64,000 nt of DNA from Terriglobia bacterium (GTDB lineage: Bacteria > Acidobacteriota > Terriglobia > 20CM-2-55-15): positions 1 through 64,000 of the forward strand of contig CAXWPJ010000002.1 in NCBI GenBank assembly GCA_963664115.2. The letters run 5' to 3'. A program made the translations under genes and the position numbers. The notes beneath the pieces were generated by a model. It saw nothing but the letters and a program-made list of their open reading frames with translations. It was not told the DNA's origin and searched no databases. Below are positions 41,353 through 49,899 of this stretch, one piece after another; position 1 is the first letter of the stretch, and every line of letters begins with the position of its first letter.

Positions 41353-41514
41353 TTAGTCCTGTTCAGGCCGTGGGTCGCTGTCATCGGTCTCGGAGAGTCG
41401 TGTCCGCAACTCGTCAATGCGGCGGTCGAGGTCTTTCTGTTTGAGCGACATGCGGATCGTATATAGAAAGAAGATCACGAAGAAAGCGGAATAGGCTGCG
41501 ACTAGCCACGTCAT
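41353..41514 (-). CDS. ccmD: Heme exporter protein CcmD
   Basis: MTWLVAAYSAFFVIFFLYTIRMSLKQKDLDRRIDELR..., ATGA overlap with ccmC; not in ORF track. Confidence 0.8.
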   Translation of the reverse strand: MTWLVAAYSAFFVIFFLYTIRMSLKQKDLDRRIDELRTRLSETDDSDPRPEQD

Positions 41515-42185
41515 TGTGAAAGCACCACCTGCTCGAAGTATTCGACTTGCTGGCTGCTTCGTTCCACTGCGAGGCGGCGGCGAAGTAGATAGGTGTAGAG
41601 CAGCAAAAGGGACAGAATCGCCCCAAAGAGAACCAGCTGCATGTCGGGATCGAGTCCGGAGCCTTCACCTCCGGCAATGACTGGAGACGGATGTTGCGTT
41701 CTCCACCAGCGAATCGCCATGTAATTGATCGGGACGTCGGCAGCTCCCAGGATTCCGAACGCGGCTTGTAAGGATGCGCGTTTCATGGGATCGGTGACAT
41801 AAGCGCCGAGCATCAGGTAGGAGATGAAGATTAGTGCCAGCAACAACTGCAAGGTCAGTCGCGCGTCCCACGTCCACCAGATCCCCCAGACGGGTTTCGC
41901 CCAGAGCATACCCATGGAAATATTCGTTGCGATAAACAGGATACCGATCTCGGCAGAGCAATAGGCCAGTCGGTCCCACTTTAGCTTTCTGTTATAGAGG
42001 AACATGATGCTGGAGAAGCCCACGACCATGAACGCAAAGTAGGAAATGACTCCTGCGGGCATATGGATGTAAAAAATCCGTTGAACCGTCCCCATGCTGG
42101 CTTCGGTCGGGGCGTATATGAAGGCGCCATAGAAAGTGGCCAGCATTCCTGCCAGCATCGCGAATCCCAATTTGCGATCAGCCAT
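41511..42185 (-). CDS. ccmC: Cytochrome c biogenesis protein CcmC
   Basis: RIFYIH, WAKPVWGIWWTWDARLT (WWD), RTQHP. Confidence 0.95.
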   Translation of the reverse strand: MADRKLGFAMLAGMLATFYGAFIYAPTEASMGTVQRIFYIHMPAGVISYFAFMVVGFSSIMFLYNRKLKWDRLAYCSAEIGILFIATNISMGMLWAKPVWGIWWTWDARLTLQLLLALIFISYLMLGAYVTDPMKRASLQAAFGILGAADVPINYMAIRWWRTQHPSPVIAGGEGSGLDPDMQLVLFGAILSLLLLYTYLLRRRLAVERSSQQVEYFEQVVLSQ

Positions 42186-42203
42186 AATCGAATTCTTCTC
42201 CTC

Positions 42204-42869
42204 TTATTCCTCGACGACGTATTCGAAGACCAGATACGAGATGGTGAAAAAGATGATATCAAAACCGATCACTAAGTTCACCCACGACGAATACCCGTCG
42301 CCCGTGTCACCGAGCGCTGCGGCAGTCGCCGAGACGGCAGCCAGAATGAGCGGAAGCGTCAGCGGTATTTGGAGGACAGGCAGCATGACCTCACTCATGC
42401 GCGTGTGCGACGAGATCATGGACAGGATCGTCCCGACCGCGGCAAACCCCAGCGTGCCAAGGATCATGATCAGAATGATCCAAAGCAGCCGTGTATCCAC
42501 TGGAAGATCATAGAAGACCACGAAGAATACGAATATCACGACGTCGGATAGCATCATGAAAAGGAAGTTGCTTATGACCTTTCCGGTATACAGCGTTCCC
42601 CGGTCTATGGGTGCCAGCAGCAAACCCTGTAGGGAATCGTTGTCGAGATCGATCGCAAGCGAGCGGTTCAAGCCGAGAATTCCTGCAAACGTCAGGGCGA
42701 CCCAGAGCACACCGGGCGCGATGAGCACCCGTTGCGTTCCCGCAGGTTCAAACGCGAAATTGAAGATCACCATGACAAGGAGTCCGAACATCATCATTGA
42801 CGCGACGGTCTCCTTCCGGCGCAACTCGAGCGCAATATCTTTCCGGACCAGGGCGATCAGCGCGTTCAT
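42204..42869 (-). CDS. ccmB: Heme exporter CcmB
   Basis: KDIALELR, GVLWVA, LLAPIDR, LPVLQIP. Confidence 0.9.
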   Translation of the reverse strand: MNALIALVRKDIALELRRKETVASMMMFGLLVMVIFNFAFEPAGTQRVLIAPGVLWVALTFAGILGLNRSLAIDLDNDSLQGLLLAPIDRGTLYTGKVISNFLFMMLSDVVIFVFFVVFYDLPVDTRLLWIILIMILGTLGFAAVGTILSMISSHTRMSEVMLPVLQIPLTLPLILAAVSATAAALGDTGDGYSSWVNLVIGFDIIFFTISYLVFEYVVEE

Positions 42870-43582
42870 TGCGGATCCTTTCCCCGAACATATTGCCGGT
42901 AGGCCTCTCGTATGCCCGGATCCGTTCCTTCTCCCGAATGAACGATTTTGCCCCGGTCGATAATGTGGACATGGTTCGCACCTCGCAGGCCCAGCTCGAG
43001 GTCGTGTGTCGTCAGAACGACCGTGCGTCCTTCCTCGACTGCTTCATCCAGCATCCGGTTCAGTATTTCAACTGCGTTGGCATCCAGACCGGTGTAGGGT
43101 TCGTCGAGAAGAAGAACGCGTGGATTGTGCAGCATGACACGTGCGAGGCCGACCCTCTGCAGGAGGCCACGGGAAAACGAACGCACTGCGTCGTTCCGTC
43201 TTCGGTGGAGTCCGACTCTCTGAATCAAGCCGTCGATGGTGTCTCCCGTGAGGTCGAGTCCGTAGAGCTTTGAAAAAAAAGCCAGGTTCTCTCGCGGTGT
43301 CAGGTCCCGATAAACGTAGGTACTGTGGGTGAGGAGTCCGATCGATCGCCGCACCTGCTCAGGTTTCTTTTCGGTATCGAATCCGTGGATTGAGAGTGTT
43401 CCATGACTCGGTTTCGCCAGCGTCGCTGCGATTTTAAGAAAGGTTGTCTTGCCGGCCCCGTTTCTGCCAAAGAGAGTCACGGACACGCCCCGGGGCACCT
43501 CCAGATCGATGCTTCGGAGGGCGGGGAAGTGACCGTAGGTTTTGGATATACCGCGGGCTTCGACAGCGAGGGTGTCATTCAT
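42866..43582 (-). CDS. ccmA: Heme exporter ATP-binding protein CcmA
   Basis: GRNGAGKT, FSRG, LLDEPYTGLD; cluster context. Confidence 0.9.
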   Translation of the reverse strand: MNDTLAVEARGISKTYGHFPALRSIDLEVPRGVSVTLFGRNGAGKTTFLKIAATLAKPSHGTLSIHGFDTEKKPEQVRRSIGLLTHSTYVYRDLTPRENLAFFSKLYGLDLTGDTIDGLIQRVGLHRRRNDAVRSFSRGLLQRVGLARVMLHNPRVLLLDEPYTGLDANAVEILNRMLDEAVEEGRTVVLTTHDLELGLRGANHVHIIDRGKIVHSGEGTDPGIREAYRQYVRGKDPQ

Positions 43583-43703
43583 AGGTAATGGGAAATGAAC
43601 CGTGACGAGAGATCGGGAAAGTTAATTGTCGAGAGCTAAAAGCTCCTTTCTCTTAACTATGAATACTTCACTCGTAACTTCAGGTGTCACCGGATACTTT
43701 CTT

Positions 43704-44078
43704 CTAGGCGTGCTTCTTTTCCCCCGATGATGAGGATTGAAGTTTATCGATCACGCGTGACAGCTCCCCTCGCAGCTGTCTCATCCGCCTCTTGTGGCTT
43801 TCCTTATTGAGGGTACCCGATTCGCGGGTCGTTTCGAGTTCCGTGATCTTGTCGAGGACGGTTTCGCGGTGCTGGCGCAGGGCCTGGCGTTCCTTTCGAT
43901 GGGTCTGCTCCTTCATGGTCTGGATGGAGAGGCTCGCAGCCCAGGCGAGGAACGCCGCGGTGATCAATACGATGAAAAGTGTGTGTGCGGCCATCGGGTT
44001 GGGTACCTGAATCGGTCCCTGCGCGTGAGCCGGGATCGCGAAGATGAGCCAGAGGAGGACGGCTGTCAGTCTGCGCAT
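43704..44078 (-). CDS. Membrane-anchored ccm-cluster accessory protein
   Basis: Signal peptide, TM helix, coiled coil with a CcmI-like LDKITELE..GTL motif. Confidence 0.6.
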   Translation of the reverse strand: MRRLTAVLLWLIFAIPAHAQGPIQVPNPMAAHTLFIVLITAAFLAWAASLSIQTMKEQTHRKERQALRQHRETVLDKITELETTRESGTLNKESHKRRMRQLRGELSRVIDKLQSSSSGEKKHA

Positions 44079-44083
44079 CCTAT

Positions 44084-44503
44084 TTAATCTAGATTCGTTC
44101 CGCAGTCTGCGCAGAACTTGTTCTGAGGGGAATTCCTGTGGCCGCAACCGGAACAGATACGGGAGCCGGCCACGCGTTCTTTCCTCGAGCTGACTTCATG
44201 TCGAATCAAAGCATCGAGATCCTGGGACGATTCGATTTCATCAATGCTCTCGAGCACCACTGCTATTTCGGCAGTCATTTCCTCTCGGATTAATTTGTAG
44301 TCTTCGTCCGAGAGCTTGCCGCACTTGTACTCAAAATCGAGATCCTGAATGTTGCCCAGGATGACATCCTTTTTTCGCTGAAGCAGATCCCACTGGGTTT
44401 CCTCAAGAATCGTGGAATCGAGAGAATCGGTTTTCGCGAAGAGGGGCCAGCAGATTGCGGTGAGAATGCCTCCACCGAGCAGTCCAGAAAATAAATAGAT
44501 CAT
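44084..44503 (-). CDS. CcmI-like protein with zinc ribbon
   Basis: N-terminal TM, IQDLDFEYKCGKLSDEDY, CSGC..FCADC. Confidence 0.75.
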   Translation of the reverse strand: MIYLFSGLLGGGILTAICWPLFAKTDSLDSTILEETQWDLLQRKKDVILGNIQDLDFEYKCGKLSDEDYKLIREEMTAEIAVVLESIDEIESSQDLDALIRHEVSSRKERVAGSRICSGCGHRNSPQNKFCADCGTNLD

Positions 44504-44533
44504 GACGCGGTGGGAACCGAAAGTCCTTCGACC

Positions 44534-45034
44534 TCAGTCTTCGGGAATAAAGTCCTCTAATTCGTCTTCAAGGCGCTGCTGGAAATCAGTCCCCGCCTGC
44601 TCCCCGAGTGCCGGCGCAACTTTGCTCCACCGGTTGCGGGAGCGAAGCGCGTAAAACGCGACCAGTCCGAACCCCACAGTCAGTGCGACGAAAGGCATCA
44701 ACCAGGAAGCGATGTTGAACCAGCCTGCCGTGGGCGGAGCTGCCAGGATGTTCAGACCATATTTCTCAGCGAAACGAGTAAGGATCGTCTCCTGGTCCAT
44801 GCCGTCTTCAATAAAGGCATCGACTTCGGCCCGCATCGGGTTCGCGTTCGGACAGCCAATATGGCTGCATACACCCAAGGTCTGATTGCAGCCGCCGCAG
44901 TTACACATCAACTCGCCGTAGACAACCTCAGGTTCCACCGTGTCGGCCTCCAGGCGCAAACACCCTGCAGCAGTTAGAAGAACCAGGAGGAGCGGAAAGC
45001 TAAGCGTGTACCTTTTCAGTCTTGCGAGTTTCAT
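44534..45034 (-). CDS. ccmH: Cytochrome c biogenesis protein CcmH
   Basis: LMCNCGGCNQTL, EKYG..ILAAPP, C-terminal TM. Confidence 0.88.
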   Translation of the reverse strand: MKLARLKRYTLSFPLLLVLLTAAGCLRLEADTVEPEVVYGELMCNCGGCNQTLGVCSHIGCPNANPMRAEVDAFIEDGMDQETILTRFAEKYGLNILAAPPTAGWFNIASWLMPFVALTVGFGLVAFYALRSRNRWSKVAPALGEQAGTDFQQRLEDELEDFIPED

Positions 45035-47048
45035 CTGTTTCCTTCTGATGTGCGACCTTTTCCTTCTTTTCCTTCCTCGACGTTCCGGGACCCTTGTTTG
45101 GAAGCAATGCGATCAGAGTTCCCAGCCCGATCACGAAACCGCCGATCCAGACCCAGCTCACCAGTGGGTTTCGATAGACCTGCATGATGGCGCGATTGTT
45201 TTCGGAAACACCGGCAAAGACTAAATAGAGGTCGTCCTGAAGAGTGGCTCGGATGGAAACCTCGTGGGTCTGTTGTTCGAGCGCCCTGTAGAAGCGGATC
45301 TCAGGGAACATGTTGGCGACCTGGACACCGTTCTTGAACAGACTGACTTCGGCCCAGGTGCGGTCGTAGTTCACCATTTCTTGTGAGCCGAAGTTGTCAG
45401 CTCGCAGGAGATATGGACCGATCGTGATCGTATCCCCGACATCGACTTCTTCCTGGACTTCAACGGTAAACGCCTGCCCTGTGAAACCGATAAATATGAG
45501 AACAATGCCGAAGTGAACTATGTAACCGCCGTAACGCCGCGTATTCCGAAGCGTGAGGTTGATCAATGCTTCGATGAGACCCTCGCCGGTGGTAGACCGC
45601 CGCGCGCGAGCCCCCTTGTAAAACTCCTGGAAAATCGTCATCGCCACGAAAATCGCCAGCGTGAGCGATATCAAGGCGTAGGCGTTATCGACACCCGAAA
45701 TTCCCAGTGCGATGCCTCCCATCAGGGCAACAGTGACCGGGAACAAGAATGCCCGCTTCAGGCTGCTCGGCGAAGAGCGTCTCCATGCAAGCAGCGGTCC
45801 CACGCCGGTCATAAACAGCAGACCCAATCCGATCGGGATCATGATGGTGTTGAACCAGGGTGTGGCTACGGTGACCTTCACGCCCTGAATCCATTCTGAA
45901 AACACCGGAAGCATCGTGCCGAAGAGAACCGCGAAACACGCGGCCACGAAGAGCAGGTTGTTCAGCATGAAACCGCTTTCTCGGGAGACAAGAGATTCCA
46001 TGGTGTTTTCGGTTTTCAAGTAGCTCAAGCGGCCAAACAGGAGGTAAAAGGATCCCGCTACAATGAGAATGATAAACGCCAGAAAGTAGCCGCCGATCGA
46101 CGACTGTGCAAAGGCGTGCACCGAAGAAACAATGCCGCTGCGGGTGAGGAAGGTGCCAAAAATGGCCGCGGTGTAGGTCAGAATCACCAGGACCATGTTC
46201 CAGACTTTCATCATGCCCTTTTTTTCCTGGATCATCACCGAGTGGAGGAATGCCGTTCCCAGGAGCCAGGGCATCAAAGACGCATTTTCTACCGGATCCC
46301 AGGCCCAGTACCCGCCCCAACCCAACTCCACGTAGGCCCACGCGCCGCCCAGTACGACGCCGGTGCCCAGGAAGAACCAGGAGATCATCGTCCACCGCCG
46401 GGTCGTCCGGATCCAAGTGTCGCCCAATTGCCGGCTTGCCATGGCGGCCATGGCAAATGCGAATGGGACCGAAAATCCGACGAGCCCCAGATAGAGTATG
46501 GGCGGGTGGATTACCATCATGAAATACTGCAGCAGGGGATTGAGTCCGCGGCCATCCGCAGCCGTAAATGCCCGCATGGTTCCATCGCCGGCGACGGTGA
46601 CGAGCTCATTGAACGGGTTTGCGACGAACAGGTTCAGTGATGTAAAGAAGATCGAAGTCGCCATCAGGACGGCGACGACGTAGGGCATCATCGCGGTGTG
46701 CCGTTTGCGGTTCTGGATGAAGACCAGGCTTGCGTAGAAACTCAGCAACCAGCCCCAAAGCAGGAGCGATCCTTCCTGTCCGCCCCAAATACCCGCGATC
46801 TTGTAGAACAGAGGCAGATCGCGATTCGAGTTACCCTGGATGTATCCGATCGAGAAATCGCTTACAAGAAAAAGATATCCCAGGCATGCGATGGCGACGG
46901 TCAGAGAGGCGAACACGCCGATGCCTGCGTTGCGGCCGCTTGCAATCAGCCTGTCGTTTTTGATGCGTATGCCGTACAACGACGCAGCGATCGCGTAAAC
47001 CGTTACCGTAAAGGCAAGGGCCAGGGCAAACTGCCCGAGTTGAGCCAT
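45000..47048 (-). CDS. ccmF: Heme lyase CcmF
   Basis: GQEGSLLLW, IHPP, WGGYWAWDPVENASL, SVHAF. Confidence 0.97.
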   Translation of the reverse strand: MAQLGQFALALAFTVTVYAIAASLYGIRIKNDRLIASGRNAGIGVFASLTVAIACLGYLFLVSDFSIGYIQGNSNRDLPLFYKIAGIWGGQEGSLLLWGWLLSFYASLVFIQNRKRHTAMMPYVVAVLMATSIFFTSLNLFVANPFNELVTVAGDGTMRAFTAADGRGLNPLLQYFMMVIHPPILYLGLVGFSVPFAFAMAAMASRQLGDTWIRTTRRWTMISWFFLGTGVVLGGAWAYVELGWGGYWAWDPVENASLMPWLLGTAFLHSVMIQEKKGMMKVWNMVLVILTYTAAIFGTFLTRSGIVSSVHAFAQSSIGGYFLAFIILIVAGSFYLLFGRLSYLKTENTMESLVSRESGFMLNNLLFVAACFAVLFGTMLPVFSEWIQGVKVTVATPWFNTIMIPIGLGLLFMTGVGPLLAWRRSSPSSLKRAFLFPVTVALMGGIALGISGVDNAYALISLTLAIFVAMTIFQEFYKGARARRSTTGEGLIEALINLTLRNTRRYGGYIVHFGIVLIFIGFTGQAFTVEVQEEVDVGDTITIGPYLLRADNFGSQEMVNYDRTWAEVSLFKNGVQVANMFPEIRFYRALEQQTHEVSIRATLQDDLYLVFAGVSENNRAIMQVYRNPLVSWVWIGGFVIGLGTLIALLPNKGPGTSRKEKKEKVAHQKETDETRKTEKVHA

Positions 47049-47060
47049 GAATTCCGGTCT

Positions 47061-47522
47061 CTAGAGTCCGCTTCCGATGTTCGGGGCGGAGGGGACTAAC
47101 TGGGTGGTTTCCGGAATCACGATGCCGGCTTCGGTTTCGCGTTCATATTTGGACGCGCACTTTGCCTGCAACTTGGTAGCCGTGAAAACACCGTTCCCGT
47201 TGTATGCTCCGTCGACGACAGCTTCAGCATAATCTCTGAACGTGTCCGGAAGGGGATCAGTCCCGACGTAATGGACGGTGAGCAACTGGTCGCCTTCACT
47301 GATCACGAAGTCGACCTGGCCCGCGCCTTTCTGGATCGACCCGGGAACTACCTCGCCTACAACCTTCAACCTCTCGTTACCGAGTGTGTCCGCCATCGCA
47401 TACAGCTCGGATACCGTCTGGAAGTACGCCCGTGTTTCCTGGAACGCCGAATAGCCGATCCACGTGAGGGCGAGTACGATTACGCTCGGCCCCAAAATAA
47501 ACTTTAATTGTTTGCGCGACAT
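47061..47522 (-). CDS. ccmE: Heme chaperone CcmE (CxxxY variant)
   Basis: VVPGSI, PDTF, AKCASKY. Confidence 0.9.
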   Translation of the reverse strand: MSRKQLKFILGPSVIVLALTWIGYSAFQETRAYFQTVSELYAMADTLGNERLKVVGEVVPGSIQKGAGQVDFVISEGDQLLTVHYVGTDPLPDTFRDYAEAVVDGAYNGNGVFTATKLQAKCASKYERETEAGIVIPETTQLVPSAPNIGSGL

Positions 47523-47626
47523 GAGCTTGCCTCTCCTCTCTGGCAGTTGCCATCCTAATCAGCACACTGAGAAAGTACACTGTAACGACCGCTACCGAGT
47601 ATTCTACCCAAAGCGAGTGGCGAAAC

Positions 47627-48051
47627 TTAAGTTTTTTCGTCCTTTTTTAAGAAATGTGAGGACCCCCGGATGCCCAGTGCGAGTAAGAAAATTGCTGTGG
47701 ACAGCCCCGCTGAGGTGAGACAGTACTCGCAATAAGGACGAACACCTGGATTCCGGTCAGGATCGCCGAAACCGCAAGCGCTGCGGCCGCCGGCCAGAAC
47801 ACGAGTCTGATGCTAATGCGTCGCCCGAACACTTCGAATACCGCCGCAGAGAAGACCGCGACATAAAAGGCCAGGCCGAACCAGGATACGGGAATCGGGC
47901 CCACTTCCGAATACACGCTGTTGAGAACGTCTCCGCAGCCTTCAGTGATGTGGCAGGGGACGGGTCCGGAATCGCGGGACAAGTACAGGTACAGCGTGTC
48001 GACCATCCCTGTAAACGATAGAGCAAGAACCCCTACCGGGCTGAGGTTCAT
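47627..48051 (-). pseudogene. Vitamin K epoxide reductase (VKOR), frameshifted
   Basis: CHITEGCGDVLNSVYS..GPIPVS..G; the catalytic YCEYCLTSA lies in another frame from about 47734, ending TAA 47627. Confidence 0.8.
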
Positions 48052-48770
48052 CCGGCGTCTTCTATAGCCGCGGCGATCGCGTTTTCAAACTCGCTTAAAG
48101 ACCGGGGCAATGCGATCATCTGGCCGTTGACGAAGAAGGTCGGCGTACCTGGAAGCTGCATCTGTTGTGCGCGTTCGGCGTCTGCCAGGACTCGAGCTTC
48201 GGGGCCGCCGGATCGATACGCGGTCTCAAACAGCTCCGGGTCCATTCCTAAGCGCTCGGCGTAAATGGTGAACACTTCGGCGGGGTTCGAATGGGTCGCC
48301 CATTGGCTTTGAAGCTCGAACAGCAGGTCATGCATTTCCCAGAAACCGTCCTGTTCAGCGGCGGCTTCGGTGGCGATTGCCGCAGCGAGGGCGTTCGGAT
48401 GGACCGAGACCAGCGGATAGTGATGGAATTCGAGTTGCAATTGGTCTGGGAACCGGTCCATCAACTGGGCGACGACTGGATGAAATGCCCCACAAGTCGG
48501 GCATTGGAAATCGCCGTATTCCATCAAGGTGACCACTGCGTTTTCCGGACCCTTGATCCGCAGGTCGTTTGTCGGCGTCAGGTCGGTGTTCCCGAGTGTG
48601 AGCGCGGTGCTGGGCCCTTGCTCGGCAGCGCTCCGGGAAAGGAATGCAGCCAGGGCAATGGCCGCAAACACGCCAAGTACGAGGATGGCTATTGGCTTCG
48701 TGTTTGATCGACGGGACGATCTCCTCGAAGGTTTCTTCGACGACGGGTTCGGGCTCGCTGTTTTGGTCAT
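48048..48770 (-). CDS. DsbA/DsbG-like thioredoxin-fold protein
   Basis: EYGDFQCPTC, HYPL, GTPTFFVNG. Confidence 0.92.
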   Translation of the reverse strand: MTKTASPNPSSKKPSRRSSRRSNTKPIAILVLGVFAAIALAAFLSRSAAEQGPSTALTLGNTDLTPTNDLRIKGPENAVVTLMEYGDFQCPTCGAFHPVVAQLMDRFPDQLQLEFHHYPLVSVHPNALAAAIATEAAAEQDGFWEMHDLLFELQSQWATHSNPAEVFTIYAERLGMDPELFETAYRSGGPEARVLADAERAQQMQLPGTPTFFVNGQMIALPRSLSEFENAIAAAIEDAG

Positions 48771-49132
48771 GGCCCTATACTAATTTCTGATGCGCTCGAT
48801 GGCAACCTTCACGAGCGTGGGTTCGTGCCTCAGTTTGAAAATCAGAAATTCCGTCCTTAACGTAAATTTCGCCCTGTCGTTCAGACGTCCGACCACCCCT
48901 GTCGCGTCAATACGAGTGGGTCGGAACGAGAAGCGACCCTCGTAATCTTCCCGACCCCCAGGGTCTCTTGAGCATACCGGTCTGTTAAAACAGGTCCCGG
49001 AACGTCTGCCATCCACTTCAGCGGAGCGTTTAGTATTTAATCTCATGAAGTCTGCGGCGGTGTCCTAGGGGCGGCAATGGGGCACGCGAGGGAGAAGCGG
49101 AGAAAAAAATACGAAGAAGGTGAAAAAAACCA

Positions 49133-49161
49133 TTGATATTTCTTCGTCACACATCAACAAT
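49133..49161 (+). promoter_or_regulatory. Putative sigma70 promoter of sRNA
   Basis: TTGATA-17-AACAAT preceded by A-tracts. Confidence 0.5.
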
Positions 49162-49167
49162 GGTTTC

Positions 49168-49370
49168 GTCTCTGACAAGAGACAAGAATTCTTCTAGTGA
49201 GTACAAGGCTACTCCAGCCAGGGACGGTAGTCGGCTACATCGGGTCAAAGGACGACTGAGGCGGGACGGACCCCGGGCGAAAAGGATTTCGTAATCGGAG
49301 CCAGATGTAGACGGTGAAGGAGACTAGAGGAAAAAGCCTCACAGCGCAGGACGCGTTGTGAGGCTTTTCT
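49168..49370 (+). ncRNA. Candidate structured sRNA with nine GGA motifs (CsrB/Rsm-like)
   Basis: Promoter upstream, intrinsic terminator downstream, closing helix TTCTTCTAGT/ACTAGAGGAA, GGA in hairpin loops. Confidence 0.6.
49331..49370 (+). terminator. Intrinsic terminator
   Basis: AAAAGCCTCACAGCGC-AGGAC-GCGTTGTGAGGCTTTT. Confidence 0.8.
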
Positions 49371-49466
49371 CATTATTCGGGCTCGACACCTCAGCGGTAA
49401 CCCCTGCCGTGTCGTCGGGCCAAGCCCTTGATAAGGTGTCGCTTGAGTGCTGTGCTATAGTCGGGC

Positions 49467-49856
49467 GTGGCCGAGTATACCGAAGAACACGCCCGTGCGG
49501 GTATCGAGGCGCCGTTGCCGGCTATCGAGTCCTGGCCGAACCAGTTTCCCGGATACGAGATCAGCATATCGATACCCGAGTTCACGTCGATCTGTCCCAA
49601 GACCGGGCTTCCCGACTTCGGAGTGCTTAGCCTTCGCTATCGTCCCGACGCGCTCTGCCTTGAACTGAAATCACTGAAGAATTACTTCCTCGCCTACCGG
49701 AATCTTGGAATTTTCTATGAGAACGTCGTCAACCGTGTGTTGCAGGACGTAGTCGACGCCTGCTCCCCGGTGGAGATTGAGGTGGTGGGAGAATTTAATG
49801 CCCGCGGTGGCATGCGAGCTGTCGTGAGAGCCGAGCATCAGAAAGTTAAAAGTTAA
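49467..49856 (+). CDS. queF: NADPH-dependent 7-cyano-7-deazaguanine reductase (short QueF)
   Basis: PEFTSICPKTGLPDFG, ELKSLK, RGG. Confidence 0.95.
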   Translation: MAEYTEEHARAGIEAPLPAIESWPNQFPGYEISISIPEFTSICPKTGLPDFGVLSLRYRPDALCLELKSLKNYFLAYRNLGIFYENVVNRVLQDVVDACSPVEIEVVGEFNARGGMRAVVRAEHQKVKS

Positions 49857-49899
49857 GTGCCAAGGGCTAAGCAATAGGATCGTTTAACTCTTAACTTTT
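49842..49899. terminator. Bidirectional hairpin between convergent queF and tkt
   Basis: AAAGTTAAAAGTTAA ... TTAACTCTTAACTTT. Confidence 0.5.

Noticed and set aside
49168-49466. preQ1 riboswitch, 6S, SRP, RNase P or tmRNA upstream of queF
   Set aside because: No recognisable consensus motifs for these RNAs, and queF has its own extended -10 just before the GTG; an Rfam scan is still needed.
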